DNA from: an uncultured Alphaproteobacteria bacterium | Lineage (GTDB): Bacteria > Pseudomonadota > Alphaproteobacteria > Rs-D84 | Assembly: GCA_934272785.1 (NCBI GenBank) | Contig: CAKQSE010000002.1 | Span: 3,588-67,587, forward strand | Direction of reading: 5' to 3' | DNA length: 64,000 bases | Part shown: one piece after another, positions 18,714-27,840 of the stretch | Layout: every line of letters starts with the position of its first letter | How positions within the stretch are numbered: the first letter of the stretch is position 1 | The notes under the pieces: model-generated | Told to the model about the DNA's origin: nothing | The model's database searches: none | What the model saw: only the letters and a program-made list of their open reading frames with translations | Made by a program: the position numbers and the translations under genes

Positions 18714-19976
18714 ATGAAAAAAGCAAAAGATATTATAAACCCAAATAATCTGTCAAAAATCGTCATTGCACTGGCCGCGATTGCGGTTGTGTTGGCGATT
18801 ATTGTCGTCGTATTCTTTCGCAGTCCGGCCAATATTCCCGGCATTGGACGCGGACACGAATGCAAAAATGTCGTGATGGTCGCATCGGGCGACACGCTGT
18901 CCAAGCTGCTGATTGACCAGGGTCTGACCCATAACGACGTTGATGCAATTGCGCGCGTTTTGAAATCAGACGCATCAATAACAACACTGCGTGCGAACAA
19001 CGACAAAATTGAATTTGTGCGCGATGACAACGATGCCCCGGTGTCCAAGATTGTAATTATCCCATCGCCATGGCGTCAGGTGGAATTGACCTGTGGTGAA
19101 AACGGCAACTGGGAATGCAAGACGGTTGATATCGAACGCGATGTTCGCGTGGTGTATAAATCGGGCGAAATCCTGGACGGGGACAGTTTTTATCTGGCGG
19201 GTATGCGCGCGGGAATTCCGGCGGGTATTCTGGCCGATGTATATGACCTGTTGGCGTTTGAAATGGACTTTGAACGCGATGTTCGCGCGGGCCAGAAATT
19301 CTCGGTCCTGTATGAAGAAAACTTTTCCGGTGGCCAGAAAATTGACAACGGTCGCGTCCTGGCGGTCCAGTTCCAGGCACTGCGTGGCGATGTCAAAATG
19401 TATCGTTTCCGCAAATCAGACGGCACATCAGGCTATTATGACGAAGATGGCAATGGCGCAATCAAATCACTGAAACGCACCCCGATAAACAATGCAAAAA
19501 TCACCAGCAGTTTTTCTGGCCGGCGCAAGCACCCAGTGCTGGGATACACCCGCGCGCACAAGGGCGTGGATTTCCGTGCATCAACCGGCACACCGATTCC
19601 GGCCGCCGGTGCGGGTCGCGTTGTGGCGCGTGGATATAACCGCGGACACGGTAACTTTGTAAAGCTGCGTCATAATGGTTCATATGAAACACTGTATGCG
19701 CACATGTCCAAATTTGCCAAGGGCGTTGTTGTCGGCACCACCGTGCGCCAGGGCCAGACAATCGGATACGTCGGGTCAACCGGCCTGTCCACGGGTCCAC
19801 ATTTGCACTATGAAATAATCAAGAACGGCAAACACGTCAACCCAATGACGGTGAAATTGCCCGCAATCAGTAATCTGGATTCGGCGAATAAAAAGAAGTT
19901 CTTGGAATATCGCAAGACCCTGGATACGGCGATGGAACGCCTGGGGAATAATCCGAATTTATATATTCAATTGTAA
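18714..19976 (+). CDS. M23 family metallopeptidase (membrane-anchored)
   Basis: ORF 18678..19976. Start MKKAKDII at 18714, one TM helix. HKGVDF and GPHLHYEI motifs. Confidence 0.85.
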   Translation: MKKAKDIINPNNLSKIVIALAAIAVVLAIIVVVFFRSPANIPGIGRGHECKNVVMVASGDTLSKLLIDQGLTHNDVDAIARVLKSDASITTLRANNDKIEFVRDDNDAPVSKIVIIPSPWRQVELTCGENGNWECKTVDIERDVRVVYKSGEILDGDSFYLAGMRAGIPAGILADVYDLLAFEMDFERDVRAGQKFSVLYEENFSGGQKIDNGRVLAVQFQALRGDVKMYRFRKSDGTSGYYDEDGNGAIKSLKRTPINNAKITSSFSGRRKHPVLGYTRAHKGVDFRASTGTPIPAAGAGRVVARGYNRGHGNFVKLRHNGSYETLYAHMSKFAKGVVVGTTVRQGQTIGYVGSTGLSTGPHLHYEIIKNGKHVNPMTVKLPAISNLDSANKKKFLEYRKTLDTAMERLGNNPNLYIQL

Positions 19977-20009
19977 AAAGAAACGGGGCGTCGCCCCGTT
20001 TTTGTTTTG
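19977..20009. terminator. bidirectional terminator between M23 and GNAT genes
   Basis: AACGGGGCG-T-CGCCCCGTT flanked by A- and T-runs. Confidence 0.7.
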
Positions 20010-20013
20010 TGCC

Positions 20014-20772
20014 CTATTTCGTTTTCTGGGGCATTGTGGCCAGGCGCGCAAATTCGCGTTCCAAGCGGCCCTTTATATACGGGAAACAATTGTGCGGTGC
20101 AACGTGAATATCGGGCAACGCATCTGCGGCCTGAATCCCGTATCCGGTGATTTCTGATTTGTCGTTGATATAGACCAGTCCGCGTGCATGCGCGCGATCA
20201 ATCAATTTCGGATCAAATGTCACATTGTTTGCCGTGGCGATTTTGTCGCATTCGGCGCGAATTATTGGCGACGCGTGAAACACCGGCAACACGGTGCACG
20301 TCGGCAGATTTGGTGCACGCTTGAACATTTCGTTTGATGCGTCCAGCCCGTTTCGATATACCGGGCGATATCCCATCTTGCGATAGAAATTTACGGCGTA
20401 TGCCAATGAAATTAAATCAATTGTAAGCGTTTCAAATCCACTGATACGTTCAACCTGAGTCAATAATTTGCGACCGATACCGGTGCCCTGGTATTCAGGA
20501 CGGATATACAAACTGTGCACCGTGGTGGCGCGATACCAACAATTGCCACGCGTGAATCCAACCATATTGTCGGCGTCATATGCCGCAAAGGCAAAATTAA
20601 ACCCACATGTGCGCCAGTGATGCTTTAGGTCTTGTCTGACCTGGGCATTTTCGGACTTTGGCACCGGGAATTTGTAATTGTATTCCAATGCCGCGGCACG
20701 AATACTGATAAAGTCGTCCCAGATTTTGGGTGCGGCCTGGTCAAATATTGGAAAGATTTTTATTTCGCTCAT
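20014..20772 (-). CDS. GNAT family N-acetyltransferase with C-terminal extension
   Basis: Start MSEIKIFPIF at 20772. Acetyl-CoA motif QGTGIGRKLL. Confidence 0.7.
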   Translation of the reverse strand: MSEIKIFPIFDQAAPKIWDDFISIRAAALEYNYKFPVPKSENAQVRQDLKHHWRTCGFNFAFAAYDADNMVGFTRGNCWYRATTVHSLYIRPEYQGTGIGRKLLTQVERISGFETLTIDLISLAYAVNFYRKMGYRPVYRNGLDASNEMFKRAPNLPTCTVLPVFHASPIIRAECDKIATANNVTFDPKLIDRAHARGLVYINDKSEITGYGIQAADALPDIHVAPHNCFPYIKGRLEREFARLATMPQKTK

Positions 20773-20804
20773 ACCGGCGAACGTAATACACAAATATTAT
20801 TTTG

Positions 20805-21536
20805 TCAATATTTGATTTCAAGATTCTTGAAATCATCGTGCGTTGCGCCCGGAACAACGACAATATCCGAACCGCGCGCGATGTCCATCGTCAATTGCAT
20901 TGGGACAACGCGGTCACGTGTGCCGACATAGTGCAACTGGGGCACATCGGGTAACACCGCCATATCCAGCGACCGCGTCAATGGCGTATCGCCAAAGTGC
21001 GCCGTCCACGCGCCGTGATTCAGGACGCCTGCGACCGTAATCCACCGCGTGACATTTATTTCCGGGTGCCGCGTTATAACCAGGCCCGACACCATTGCCC
21101 CACCCGAATATCCAATCAGCACAACCGGCCGCGCCCCCGACACAGATTTAACCGCCGTCGCCACAGAATCAATAACATCGCCCGAAAAACGTCCGTCGGT
21201 CCAATCATGGCGCGAACAGGCGGGCGACATAATAAACTGGCACGGGCGCGCAATATACACGACGTTTGCCGCCGTATCACGCGCCGCCAAATCGCGCACA
21301 AATGTGCCACGCGGCGTCGGGTCGGACGTTGGACGCCCACTGGAATTAAATGCGTGACCGTCCCCTTCTATATAAACATGTGTGGGGACGCGGGGGTCGG
21401 TGATTTTTTGCCACGTGGCAATTTGATATTTGCCCGCGTCAACCGTCACCGGTGCAAATCCCGGCATATCACCACAGGGCGCATGCGCGCAACCGCATAA
21501 AACCAATACAGAAAAAATCCACAGACGACGTATCAT
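20805..21536 (-). CDS. alpha/beta-hydrolase lipoprotein
   Basis: Lipobox LVLCGC. Nucleophile elbow GYSGGA. Confidence 0.65.
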   Translation of the reverse strand: MIRRLWIFSVLVLCGCAHAPCGDMPGFAPVTVDAGKYQIATWQKITDPRVPTHVYIEGDGHAFNSSGRPTSDPTPRGTFVRDLAARDTAANVVYIARPCQFIMSPACSRHDWTDGRFSGDVIDSVATAVKSVSGARPVVLIGYSGGAMVSGLVITRHPEINVTRWITVAGVLNHGAWTAHFGDTPLTRSLDMAVLPDVPQLHYVGTRDRVVPMQLTMDIARGSDIVVVPGATHDDFKNLEIKY

Positions 21537-21622
21537 TACTGGTATATATCATAGCCCGAATAACACCCCGACGTCAAACCATATGCGCGGCGAACATTTG
21601 ACAAAAACAATTGACAAAATGC

Positions 21623-21650
21623 TTGACAAATAATATTTTTGGACTATTAT
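21623..21650 (+). promoter_or_regulatory. promoter of hypothetical gene 21686
   Basis: TTGACA-16-TATTAT. A second TTGACA lies 12 nt upstream. Confidence 0.5.
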
Positions 21651-21685
21651 TTCGATAAACAAAACGAACAAATAAAGGTGAATCC

Positions 21686-22444
21686 ATGTTCAACAAATTA
21701 AAAATGAAAATTGCCGCCCGTCGCGTAGAACGCAAAAAGGCCCGCACGTCTGCAAAGCGTGGCACCGCCCGCAAGGCGCAAAAGAAAACGTTCTGGGGCC
21801 GCGTCCGCGAAATTGTATGCGCACCATTTAAATTCATCGCGCGCATTATTCGCCGCATATGGGCGTGGATTTGCCGCATTGATTTAATTGGATTGGTAAA
21901 TCTGACATTGTTGGTCGCGATTATCGTCTTGTTCACGATGCTGATTGTGGACATTGTGCGCGCCCGTCACACACCAAACGTCGTTGTGATTGAACAGCCG
22001 GTTGCCGCCACCGTTGTAAAGCCAACACCACGTCGCCCGGTGCAAGTCGCGCCAACCCCAACATTACCGATTAAACGCACCGCGAACCGCGAATACGTCG
22101 CCACCCCGGTCAGCGTTACAAACGTAAAACCGTGCCAGGCCACCATCCGCCAGACCGCGCGTATGGGGCGCGATCTGTATGGTGACATCATTATTGACCA
22201 CCGCGACAGCGCGACAATCCTGCGCAGTGGTGATACCGTCCGCGGCAACCTGTATCTGCAAAACATGCGCAAATACACACTGCCCTGTGGTGTCCGCATC
22301 GAAGGCAACCTGTTCTTGCGCGATGTGAATATGGTGCAGTTCTGTGGTGCGTTCACCGTTACCGGTAATATTTATGTCAGCCCAAAATCATCGTTTGGCC
22401 CATTGCCACGCACGGCGCGTCTGGGTGGCCAGGTGATTTTATAA
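21686..22444 (+). CDS. hypothetical membrane-anchored protein with beta-helix-like C-terminal repeats
   Basis: Basic N-terminus and one TM helix. Repeated GNLYL/GNLFL/GNIYV units. Promoter and terminator flank it. Confidence 0.55.
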   Translation: MFNKLKMKIAARRVERKKARTSAKRGTARKAQKKTFWGRVREIVCAPFKFIARIIRRIWAWICRIDLIGLVNLTLLVAIIVLFTMLIVDIVRARHTPNVVVIEQPVAATVVKPTPRRPVQVAPTPTLPIKRTANREYVATPVSVTNVKPCQATIRQTARMGRDLYGDIIIDHRDSATILRSGDTVRGNLYLQNMRKYTLPCGVRIEGNLFLRDVNMVQFCGAFTVTGNIYVSPKSSFGPLPRTARLGGQVIL

Positions 22445-22472
22445 CCAGAAATTGTGCATCTCCCTTGAACAT

Positions 22473-22498
22473 AACCGCGGGGCGTCCCGCGGTTTTTT
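22473..22498 (+). terminator. intrinsic terminator
   Basis: AACCGCGGG-GCGT-CCCGCGGTT followed by TTTT. Confidence 0.7.
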
Positions 22499-22568
22499 AT
22501 CATATATATTTTTGAAATCGCATTTTTTTGTGATATAATAAACACATCCAAACGAAAGGAATAATATC

Positions 22569-22817
22569 ATGAAAACAGCAGAGAAAGTTTTAAATGTATT
22601 GGCCAAGAATTTGGGCTATACGGTTGTATTGGTTGCGGCGATTATATTGTTTGCAATCTTTTCCGATGGTCTGATTGATGGCATCATAACGGCACTGTCC
22701 GCGGTTATCGGATACACATGCGTCGTTATGTTATATAAAGAGTTCGCCAAGGAATCGGCAAAAAAGCCTGTGAAAGCCACAGTGCAAAAGAAACCGGTTT
22801 CAAAAAAGCGAAAGTAA
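22569..22817 (+). CDS. small membrane protein with Lys-rich tail
   Basis: AAAGGA SD. Two predicted TM helices. KKPVKATVQKKPVSKKRK tail. Confidence 0.5.
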   Translation: MKTAEKVLNVLAKNLGYTVVLVAAIILFAIFSDGLIDGIITALSAVIGYTCVVMLYKEFAKESAKKPVKATVQKKPVSKKRK

Positions 22818-22834
22818 GGAACCCAAAACCTGAA

Positions 22835-22867
22835 CGAAAAAATCGCCCATCCCCGGGCGATTTTTTC
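22835..22867. terminator. bidirectional terminator (small membrane gene / secG)
   Basis: A6-ATCGCCC-ATCCCC-GGGCGAT-T6. Confidence 0.7.
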
Positions 22868-22882
22868 ATTATGATTTTTTTA

Positions 22883-23215
22883 TTATTTTTCTGGGGCCAC
22901 GTCTGGCAATTCCGCCGGGGCCACTGGCGCGCCGTCTTGCTGTAAAATTTCCTGGCGCAATTCGGATTGACGGGACGCAACATCAGATTTTGATGCAACC
23001 AACGCCAATGCCGCGCACAGAATAAAGAAAATCGTCGCCAACCACGCTGTCAACTTGGTCAAGAAATTACCAGCCGCCGCACCCGTCAACGCACCCCCAA
23101 ACATTGATGCCGCCGCCGATCCGGACATACCGCTGCCCTCGGATTTCTGTAACAAGATGACGCCAATCATAAATACTGCGACAATTATCAACAATACCAA
23201 CAAAATAGAAAACAT
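22883..23215 (-). CDS. secG: preprotein translocase subunit SecG
   Basis: MFSILLVLLIIVAVFMIGVILLQKSEGSG is the canonical SecG N-terminus. Confidence 0.85.
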   Translation of the reverse strand: MFSILLVLLIIVAVFMIGVILLQKSEGSGMSGSAAASMFGGALTGAAAGNFLTKLTAWLATIFFILCAALALVASKSDVASRQSELRQEILQQDGAPVAPAELPDVAPEK

Positions 23216-23267
23216 TATTTATCCCCTGGGTTATATTTAATTTTACTTGATTCTAGACACCCTGCAC

Positions 23268-23900
23268 CTAAATTGCAAGGATTTTCAGCAATGCGTCCGC
23301 GGCGTTTATACTGGCCACCTTTTTAGATGACCCGGTGGCGTCCGCGGTGTGACCCAATGCCGTCACGCGCACATGGAAAACCGGACTGTGCGATGCGCCC
23401 GTCTGTTCCAAGAATTCATATACCGGCAATGCACCATCGCCACGTTTCTGGACCAGTTCCTGTAACGCGGTTTTTGCATCCTTGGGTGCGGTGGCATCGG
23501 CCGCCGCCAATTCGCGCCAGAACGATATTATCACCGCGCGCGCCGCGTCAAAACCGCCATCGATAAAGATTGCGCCAAAAATCGCCTCCATCGCGTTGGC
23601 CATGATATGACGAATGCGACCGCCGGTCATATGTCCGTGCCGGATATGCGACGCCAGTTTCAATTTATCGGCGACCGACGCCAGTGTTTCTGTGGATACC
23701 AGCATTGCATGACGACGCGCCAGTTCGCCTTCGGCCTCGGCCGGGTACATTTCATACAGCAACGCCGCCACCGTCAGTCCCAACACGCGGTCCCCGATGA
23801 ATTCCAGGCGTTCATTGTTATGCGCCCCATCGGCCCCCGACTGGGTCAGTGCCAATTCCAATAATTCCGGATTCTTGAACGTGTAATTCAGTTTTTCCAA
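23268..23900 (-). CDS. rnc: ribonuclease III
   Basis: NERLEFIGDRVLG signature plus a C-terminal dsRBD. Confidence 0.93.
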   Translation of the reverse strand: MEKLNYTFKNPELLELALTQSGADGAHNNERLEFIGDRVLGLTVAALLYEMYPAEAEGELARRHAMLVSTETLASVADKLKLASHIRHGHMTGGRIRHIMANAMEAIFGAIFIDGGFDAARAVIISFWRELAAADATAPKDAKTALQELVQKRGDGALPVYEFLEQTGASHSPVFHVRVTALGHTADATGSSKKVASINAADALLKILAI

Positions 23901-23901
23901 T

Positions 23902-24780
23902 TTACTTTACCCCCATGCCAAATCTGTTCCAGCGCATTTTGCTGTTCCAATTCCATACCGCAATCATTGGCGAATAATAGTTGTGTGAATACCATATAAA
24001 CCAAGCCGGCCCCAGCACGTTATCACGTGGGACAAAGCCAACGTCGGCACGACTGTCCAAACTGTTATCGCGATTGTCACCCATAAAGAAATAGTGATTT
24101 TCAGGCACCGTGAACAATGGCGTGTTATCCAGGGGCGCGTCATCAGATACCTCGATAATACTGTGCTGGACACCATTGGGCAATGTTTCAGTGTATTCGG
24201 TCATATGGAATACGCCACACGCCCCGTCATACATACGGCACAGACGGTCATCTTTGTATTCAATCGTATAATTAAATGGCGCGGGCGCATTATCAATCCA
24301 AATCTTGTTGCCCTTTATCGACATATTATCCTGGTAATAGCCGACACTGCGCAACGATTTCGGCAGGTTCGCGACAATGTATTCACCCTTTTTCTCGCGC
24401 GGGACAATTGTGCCGTTTATATACAGCCGCCCATCAATCATTTGCACCGTATCACCCGGCACGGCAATCAGACGTTTAATATAATCCTGGGATTCATTGA
24501 CCGGATTACGAAATACCACAACATCGCCAACCGACGGATTATGTCCCCAGAACCGACCGTTCCACATTTTCCACGACCCAAACGGGAACGAATAACGGGA
24601 ATAACCATACGACCACTTTTGCACAAAGATATGATCCCCCACATGCAATGTCGGTATCATAGAACCCGATGGGATATTAAACGGTTCCAGCAAAAAACTG
24701 CGAAAGACAATCGCAATCAACGCACCATAGAATATCGTATTAAACCATTCACGCGCAGCATTAGTATTTTTCAGTGGCAT
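23902..24780 (-). CDS. lepB: signal peptidase I
   Basis: PSGSMIPTL (Ser box) and GDNRDNSLDSR box. Confidence 0.93.
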   Translation of the reverse strand: MPLKNTNAAREWFNTIFYGALIAIVFRSFLLEPFNIPSGSMIPTLHVGDHIFVQKWSYGYSRYSFPFGSWKMWNGRFWGHNPSVGDVVVFRNPVNESQDYIKRLIAVPGDTVQMIDGRLYINGTIVPREKKGEYIVANLPKSLRSVGYYQDNMSIKGNKIWIDNAPAPFNYTIEYKDDRLCRMYDGACGVFHMTEYTETLPNGVQHSIIEVSDDAPLDNTPLFTVPENHYFFMGDNRDNSLDSRADVGFVPRDNVLGPAWFIWYSHNYYSPMIAVWNWNSKMRWNRFGMGVK

Positions 24781-24853
24781 TTCTGTATTCCCCTTTGTAA
24801 CACGGGGTATTTTATAACTTGAATTGATTCAGCGCAAGTTTTAATATGCGAAT

Positions 24854-26380
24854 ATGATTTCACTAAATTCAATTATATTTAACGGGATGGACGCTACACG
24901 CATTGACGTCCAGGTTCAACTGGCATCGGGCCTGTCCAGTCCGGAATTTAATATCATCGGTCTGGCCGACCGCGCGGTCAAGGAATCGGCGGAACGCATA
25001 AAAAGCGTGCTGGGGGCACTGAACATAACAATGCCACCGAAACGATTGACGGTGAACCTGTCACCGGCAGACGTGGAAAAGACCGGTGCACATTTTGACC
25101 TGCCGATACTGTGCGGGATATTGTGCGCATTGGGCATTTTGCCCGAAGATAAACTGTCCCATTACCTGATATTGGGCGAGGTTGGACTGAACGGCACAAT
25201 CGTTCGCACCGATGGCGTTTTACCCGCCAGTGTGTGGGCCCGCCGCAATGGCCTGGGCGTGATTTGTCCCGCGCCCCAGGGGACCGAGGCCCGCCTGTCC
25301 GGGCACACCGATATTCTGGCACCGGGACACGTATTGGAATTGATAAATCACTTTAATGGGACAAACGTCCTGTCTGTGCCCGACGCCGCCCCCGATGACA
25401 CGCGCACCGCCACATGTGGCGATATGGCCGAAGTGCACGGTCAGGCCGCCGCAAAACGTGCCCTGGAAATCGCGGCGGCGGGTGGACACGCAATGCTGAT
25501 GGTTGGGCCGCCGGGATCGGGAAAAACGATGCTGGCGTCGCGCCTGCCCGGGATTATGCCCGAAATGACCGCCGACGAAATTCTGGAAACATCGATTATA
25601 TATTCAATTGCAGGATTGCTGGGGTCGCGCGGACTGATTACAACGCGCCCATTTCGCAGTGTGCATCACACCGCGTCCCAGGTTGCACTGGCGGGCGGTG
25701 GCGCAAACGCACGACCGGGGGAAATATCGCTGGCACATAATGGGGTGCTGTTCTTGGACGAATTACCGGAATTTAACCGCGCAACGTTGGAAATCCTGCG
25801 CCAGCCGATGGAATCAGGCAAAATTATGATTTCGCGTGCGAAAAACACCGCAACATACCCGGCACGATTCCAATTAATTGCGGCGATGAATCCGTGTCCG
25901 TGCGGGCACCTGGGTAATGCCGCCCTGTCCTGTTCGCGCGCGCCCCGCTGTGCCGAGGCATATCAGAACAAAATCTCGGGACCGCTGCTGGACCGAATTG
26001 ACCTGCACGTTGATGTGGACCCGGTAAATCCGTGGGAAATGAATAACACAGACACCACACCGCGCGAAACCAGTGCGCAAATCCGCGCACGTGTTGTTGC
26101 CGCATATAAACGCCAAATTGCACGCCAGGGTTGCCTGAACGCGCGCCTGGATGGGGCAGCATTGGACACCGCGGCAAAAATGGGACCAGAATTACAAAAC
26201 TTTCTGAACACCGCCGCAGAAAAGATGGGCATGTCGGCGCGTGGATACAATCGCGTGCGACGCATTGCACGCACGATTGCCGATTTGGCGGGGCGCGATG
26301 AAATTGAAATGGGCGACCTGGCCGAGGCCCTGTCATACCGGCCAATCAACCGCGGAAAATACGGCGCGAACATCAAGTGA
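24854..26380 (+). CDS. YifB/ComM family Mg-chelatase-like AAA+ ATPase
   Basis: Lon-protease-like N-domain. Walker A GPPGSGKT. FLDELPEF. C-terminal ChlI-like helical domain. Confidence 0.9.
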   Translation: MISLNSIIFNGMDATRIDVQVQLASGLSSPEFNIIGLADRAVKESAERIKSVLGALNITMPPKRLTVNLSPADVEKTGAHFDLPILCGILCALGILPEDKLSHYLILGEVGLNGTIVRTDGVLPASVWARRNGLGVICPAPQGTEARLSGHTDILAPGHVLELINHFNGTNVLSVPDAAPDDTRTATCGDMAEVHGQAAAKRALEIAAAGGHAMLMVGPPGSGKTMLASRLPGIMPEMTADEILETSIIYSIAGLLGSRGLITTRPFRSVHHTASQVALAGGGANARPGEISLAHNGVLFLDELPEFNRATLEILRQPMESGKIMISRAKNTATYPARFQLIAAMNPCPCGHLGNAALSCSRAPRCAEAYQNKISGPLLDRIDLHVDVDPVNPWEMNNTDTTPRETSAQIRARVVAAYKRQIARQGCLNARLDGAALDTAAKMGPELQNFLNTAAEKMGMSARGYNRVRRIARTIADLAGRDEIEMGDLAEALSYRPINRGKYGANIK

Positions 26381-26410
26381 GTAGTGATAAAGTGATAGAG
26401 TGATAAAGTG
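26375..26410 (+). repeat. left terminal AGTGA octamer array of the four-helix-bundle cassette
   Basis: AGTGA at 26376, 26383, 26391, 26399 and 26407. Inverted partner at 26774-26807. Confidence 0.75.
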
Positions 26411-26773
26411 AAGGAAAGTGTTCTGAAAATTAAATCCGAATTGTTTGCAGACAGAATTGTCAGACTGTTCAAATATCTCCAAACGGCGCATTCTGAATTT
26501 GTGATATCAAAACAAATTTTACGTTCTGGGACCAGCATAGGTGCCAATGTATCAGAAGCCGCTTTCGCTGCATCGAAAAAAGATTTTTTAGCAAAAATGA
26601 TTATTGCAACCAAAGAATACAATGAAACTATTTTCTGGTTGCAAAGGCTAAAAAATGCACATTATTTGTCAGATGAACAATTTACATCAATACATAATGA
26701 TTGTTTAGAACTGGGACGTTTGCTGATGGCCACAACACGCACGACCAAGGCATCAATATTATCAGACAAATAA
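26408..26773 (+). CDS. four-helix-bundle protein (23S rRNA intervening-sequence protein / Avd family, TIGR02436-like)
   Basis: 121 aa with a GTG start. Core ILRSGTSIGANVSEAAFAASKKDFLAKMIIATKEYNETIFWL matches the family pattern. Confidence 0.8.
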   Translation: MKESVLKIKSELFADRIVRLFKYLQTAHSEFVISKQILRSGTSIGANVSEAAFAASKKDFLAKMIIATKEYNETIFWLQRLKNAHYLSDEQFTSIHNDCLELGRLLMATTRTTKASILSDK

Positions 26774-26807
26774 CTTTATCACTAAATCACTGTATAACTT
26801 ACTCACT
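26774..26807 (-). repeat. right terminal AGTGA octamer array (inverted)
   Basis: The reverse complement AGTGAGTAAGTTATACAGTGATTTAGTGATAAAG matches the left array and the left ends of copies A and B. Confidence 0.75.
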
Positions 26808-26834
26808 AAAAAATGGGGCGGTGCCCCATTTTTT
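26808..26834. terminator. bidirectional terminator (four-helix-bundle gene / OMP)
   Basis: A6-TGGGGC-GGT-GCCCCA-T6. Confidence 0.7.
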
Positions 26835-27798
26835 AAAATTCGAATCGCAGGCCCAGCATTACGTTGGTATATATTAAATTCTTGGCACTGAACCAATCGC
26901 GATGCTTGGTATCATCAGAATTTGTCAGCTGCCATTCAACCTTGGGGATATACATGGCGCGGATACCAAAGTCCAAAAATGTGTTTTCTGCCAATCCATA
27001 TGACACACCGACCGCCGCCAATGCCGCAACCGTAGAATTACTTTTTTCGGCGCGATAGAATTGGAATACGCCATTATCATCAGGTGTGCTGAAATCCTGT
27101 AACGTATACACCCCCGACAGGTCACCATACGGATCCGACAGGTTCAGGACCGTCTGGACATCGGCATATCCGATACCAAAACCGACGTATGGGATTACCG
27201 TCTGTAACGGTTTCTGCAACCCGTCAAAGAAATCATAGAACGCCATCGCACTGATGACATCGGTTGTTATGTCCGATTGGACCGCACCACTGCTGACAAT
27301 AACAGAATCAGTATACGCGCCATCAAACAGGGTTGTTTCACCCTCTAAAAATGGCGAGTGGTTATATTCACTCTTGCTGACGTGGTCCCAGCCCACTTCC
27401 AATCGCCACTGGGGACGATTTGGCAACGTCCAACCGACCGATGCACCTGCGGCAAACGCGAACGCGTCCAGTTTATCGTCACGGACCGGCAATTCCCCCA
27501 GGTTTGCATATCCCGCAAAGGTATATCCACTGCACCCGCCGGCGCGAACGCATATAATTTCAGGGAACGGTGCACCGCCAGATTCCATATAATACGCCGG
27601 GGTCAAATCACCCACGTCATTTTGAATTTTCGCCGTGCCGAACGACATACCACCACGCACCGATATGACAAAGCGCGAGCCATCGTCACTATACCAGCCA
27701 TCGCCGATATATTCGCCATCATATTGCCAATTTGCGTGCGCCGCGTTTCCAAACAATGCGGCAAAAACAGGTAGTAAAAATAAAAATCTTTTTCTCAT
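26833..27798 (-). CDS. outer-membrane beta-barrel porin-like protein
   Basis: Signal peptide MRKRFLFLLPVFAALFGNAAHA. Amphipathic strand pattern. C-terminal GLRFEF. Confidence 0.7.
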   Translation of the reverse strand: MRKRFLFLLPVFAALFGNAAHANWQYDGEYIGDGWYSDDGSRFVISVRGGMSFGTAKIQNDVGDLTPAYYMESGGAPFPEIICVRAGGCSGYTFAGYANLGELPVRDDKLDAFAFAAGASVGWTLPNRPQWRLEVGWDHVSKSEYNHSPFLEGETTLFDGAYTDSVIVSSGAVQSDITTDVISAMAFYDFFDGLQKPLQTVIPYVGFGIGYADVQTVLNLSDPYGDLSGVYTLQDFSTPDDNGVFQFYRAEKSNSTVAALAAVGVSYGLAENTFLDFGIRAMYIPKVEWQLTNSDDTKHRDWFSAKNLIYTNVMLGLRFEF

Positions 27799-27840
27799 AC
27801 CCGTTATTATATCACAAAACGCATGTGATAAAAACAGATT

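Noticed and set aside
18678-18714. Back-to-back divergent starts of prmC (18713) and the M23 peptidase (18714) with zero intergenic space
   Set aside because: This most likely reflects start-codon ambiguity (prmC could start at MEINQA, 18692) rather than a biological oddity. It cannot be resolved without TSS or proteomic data.
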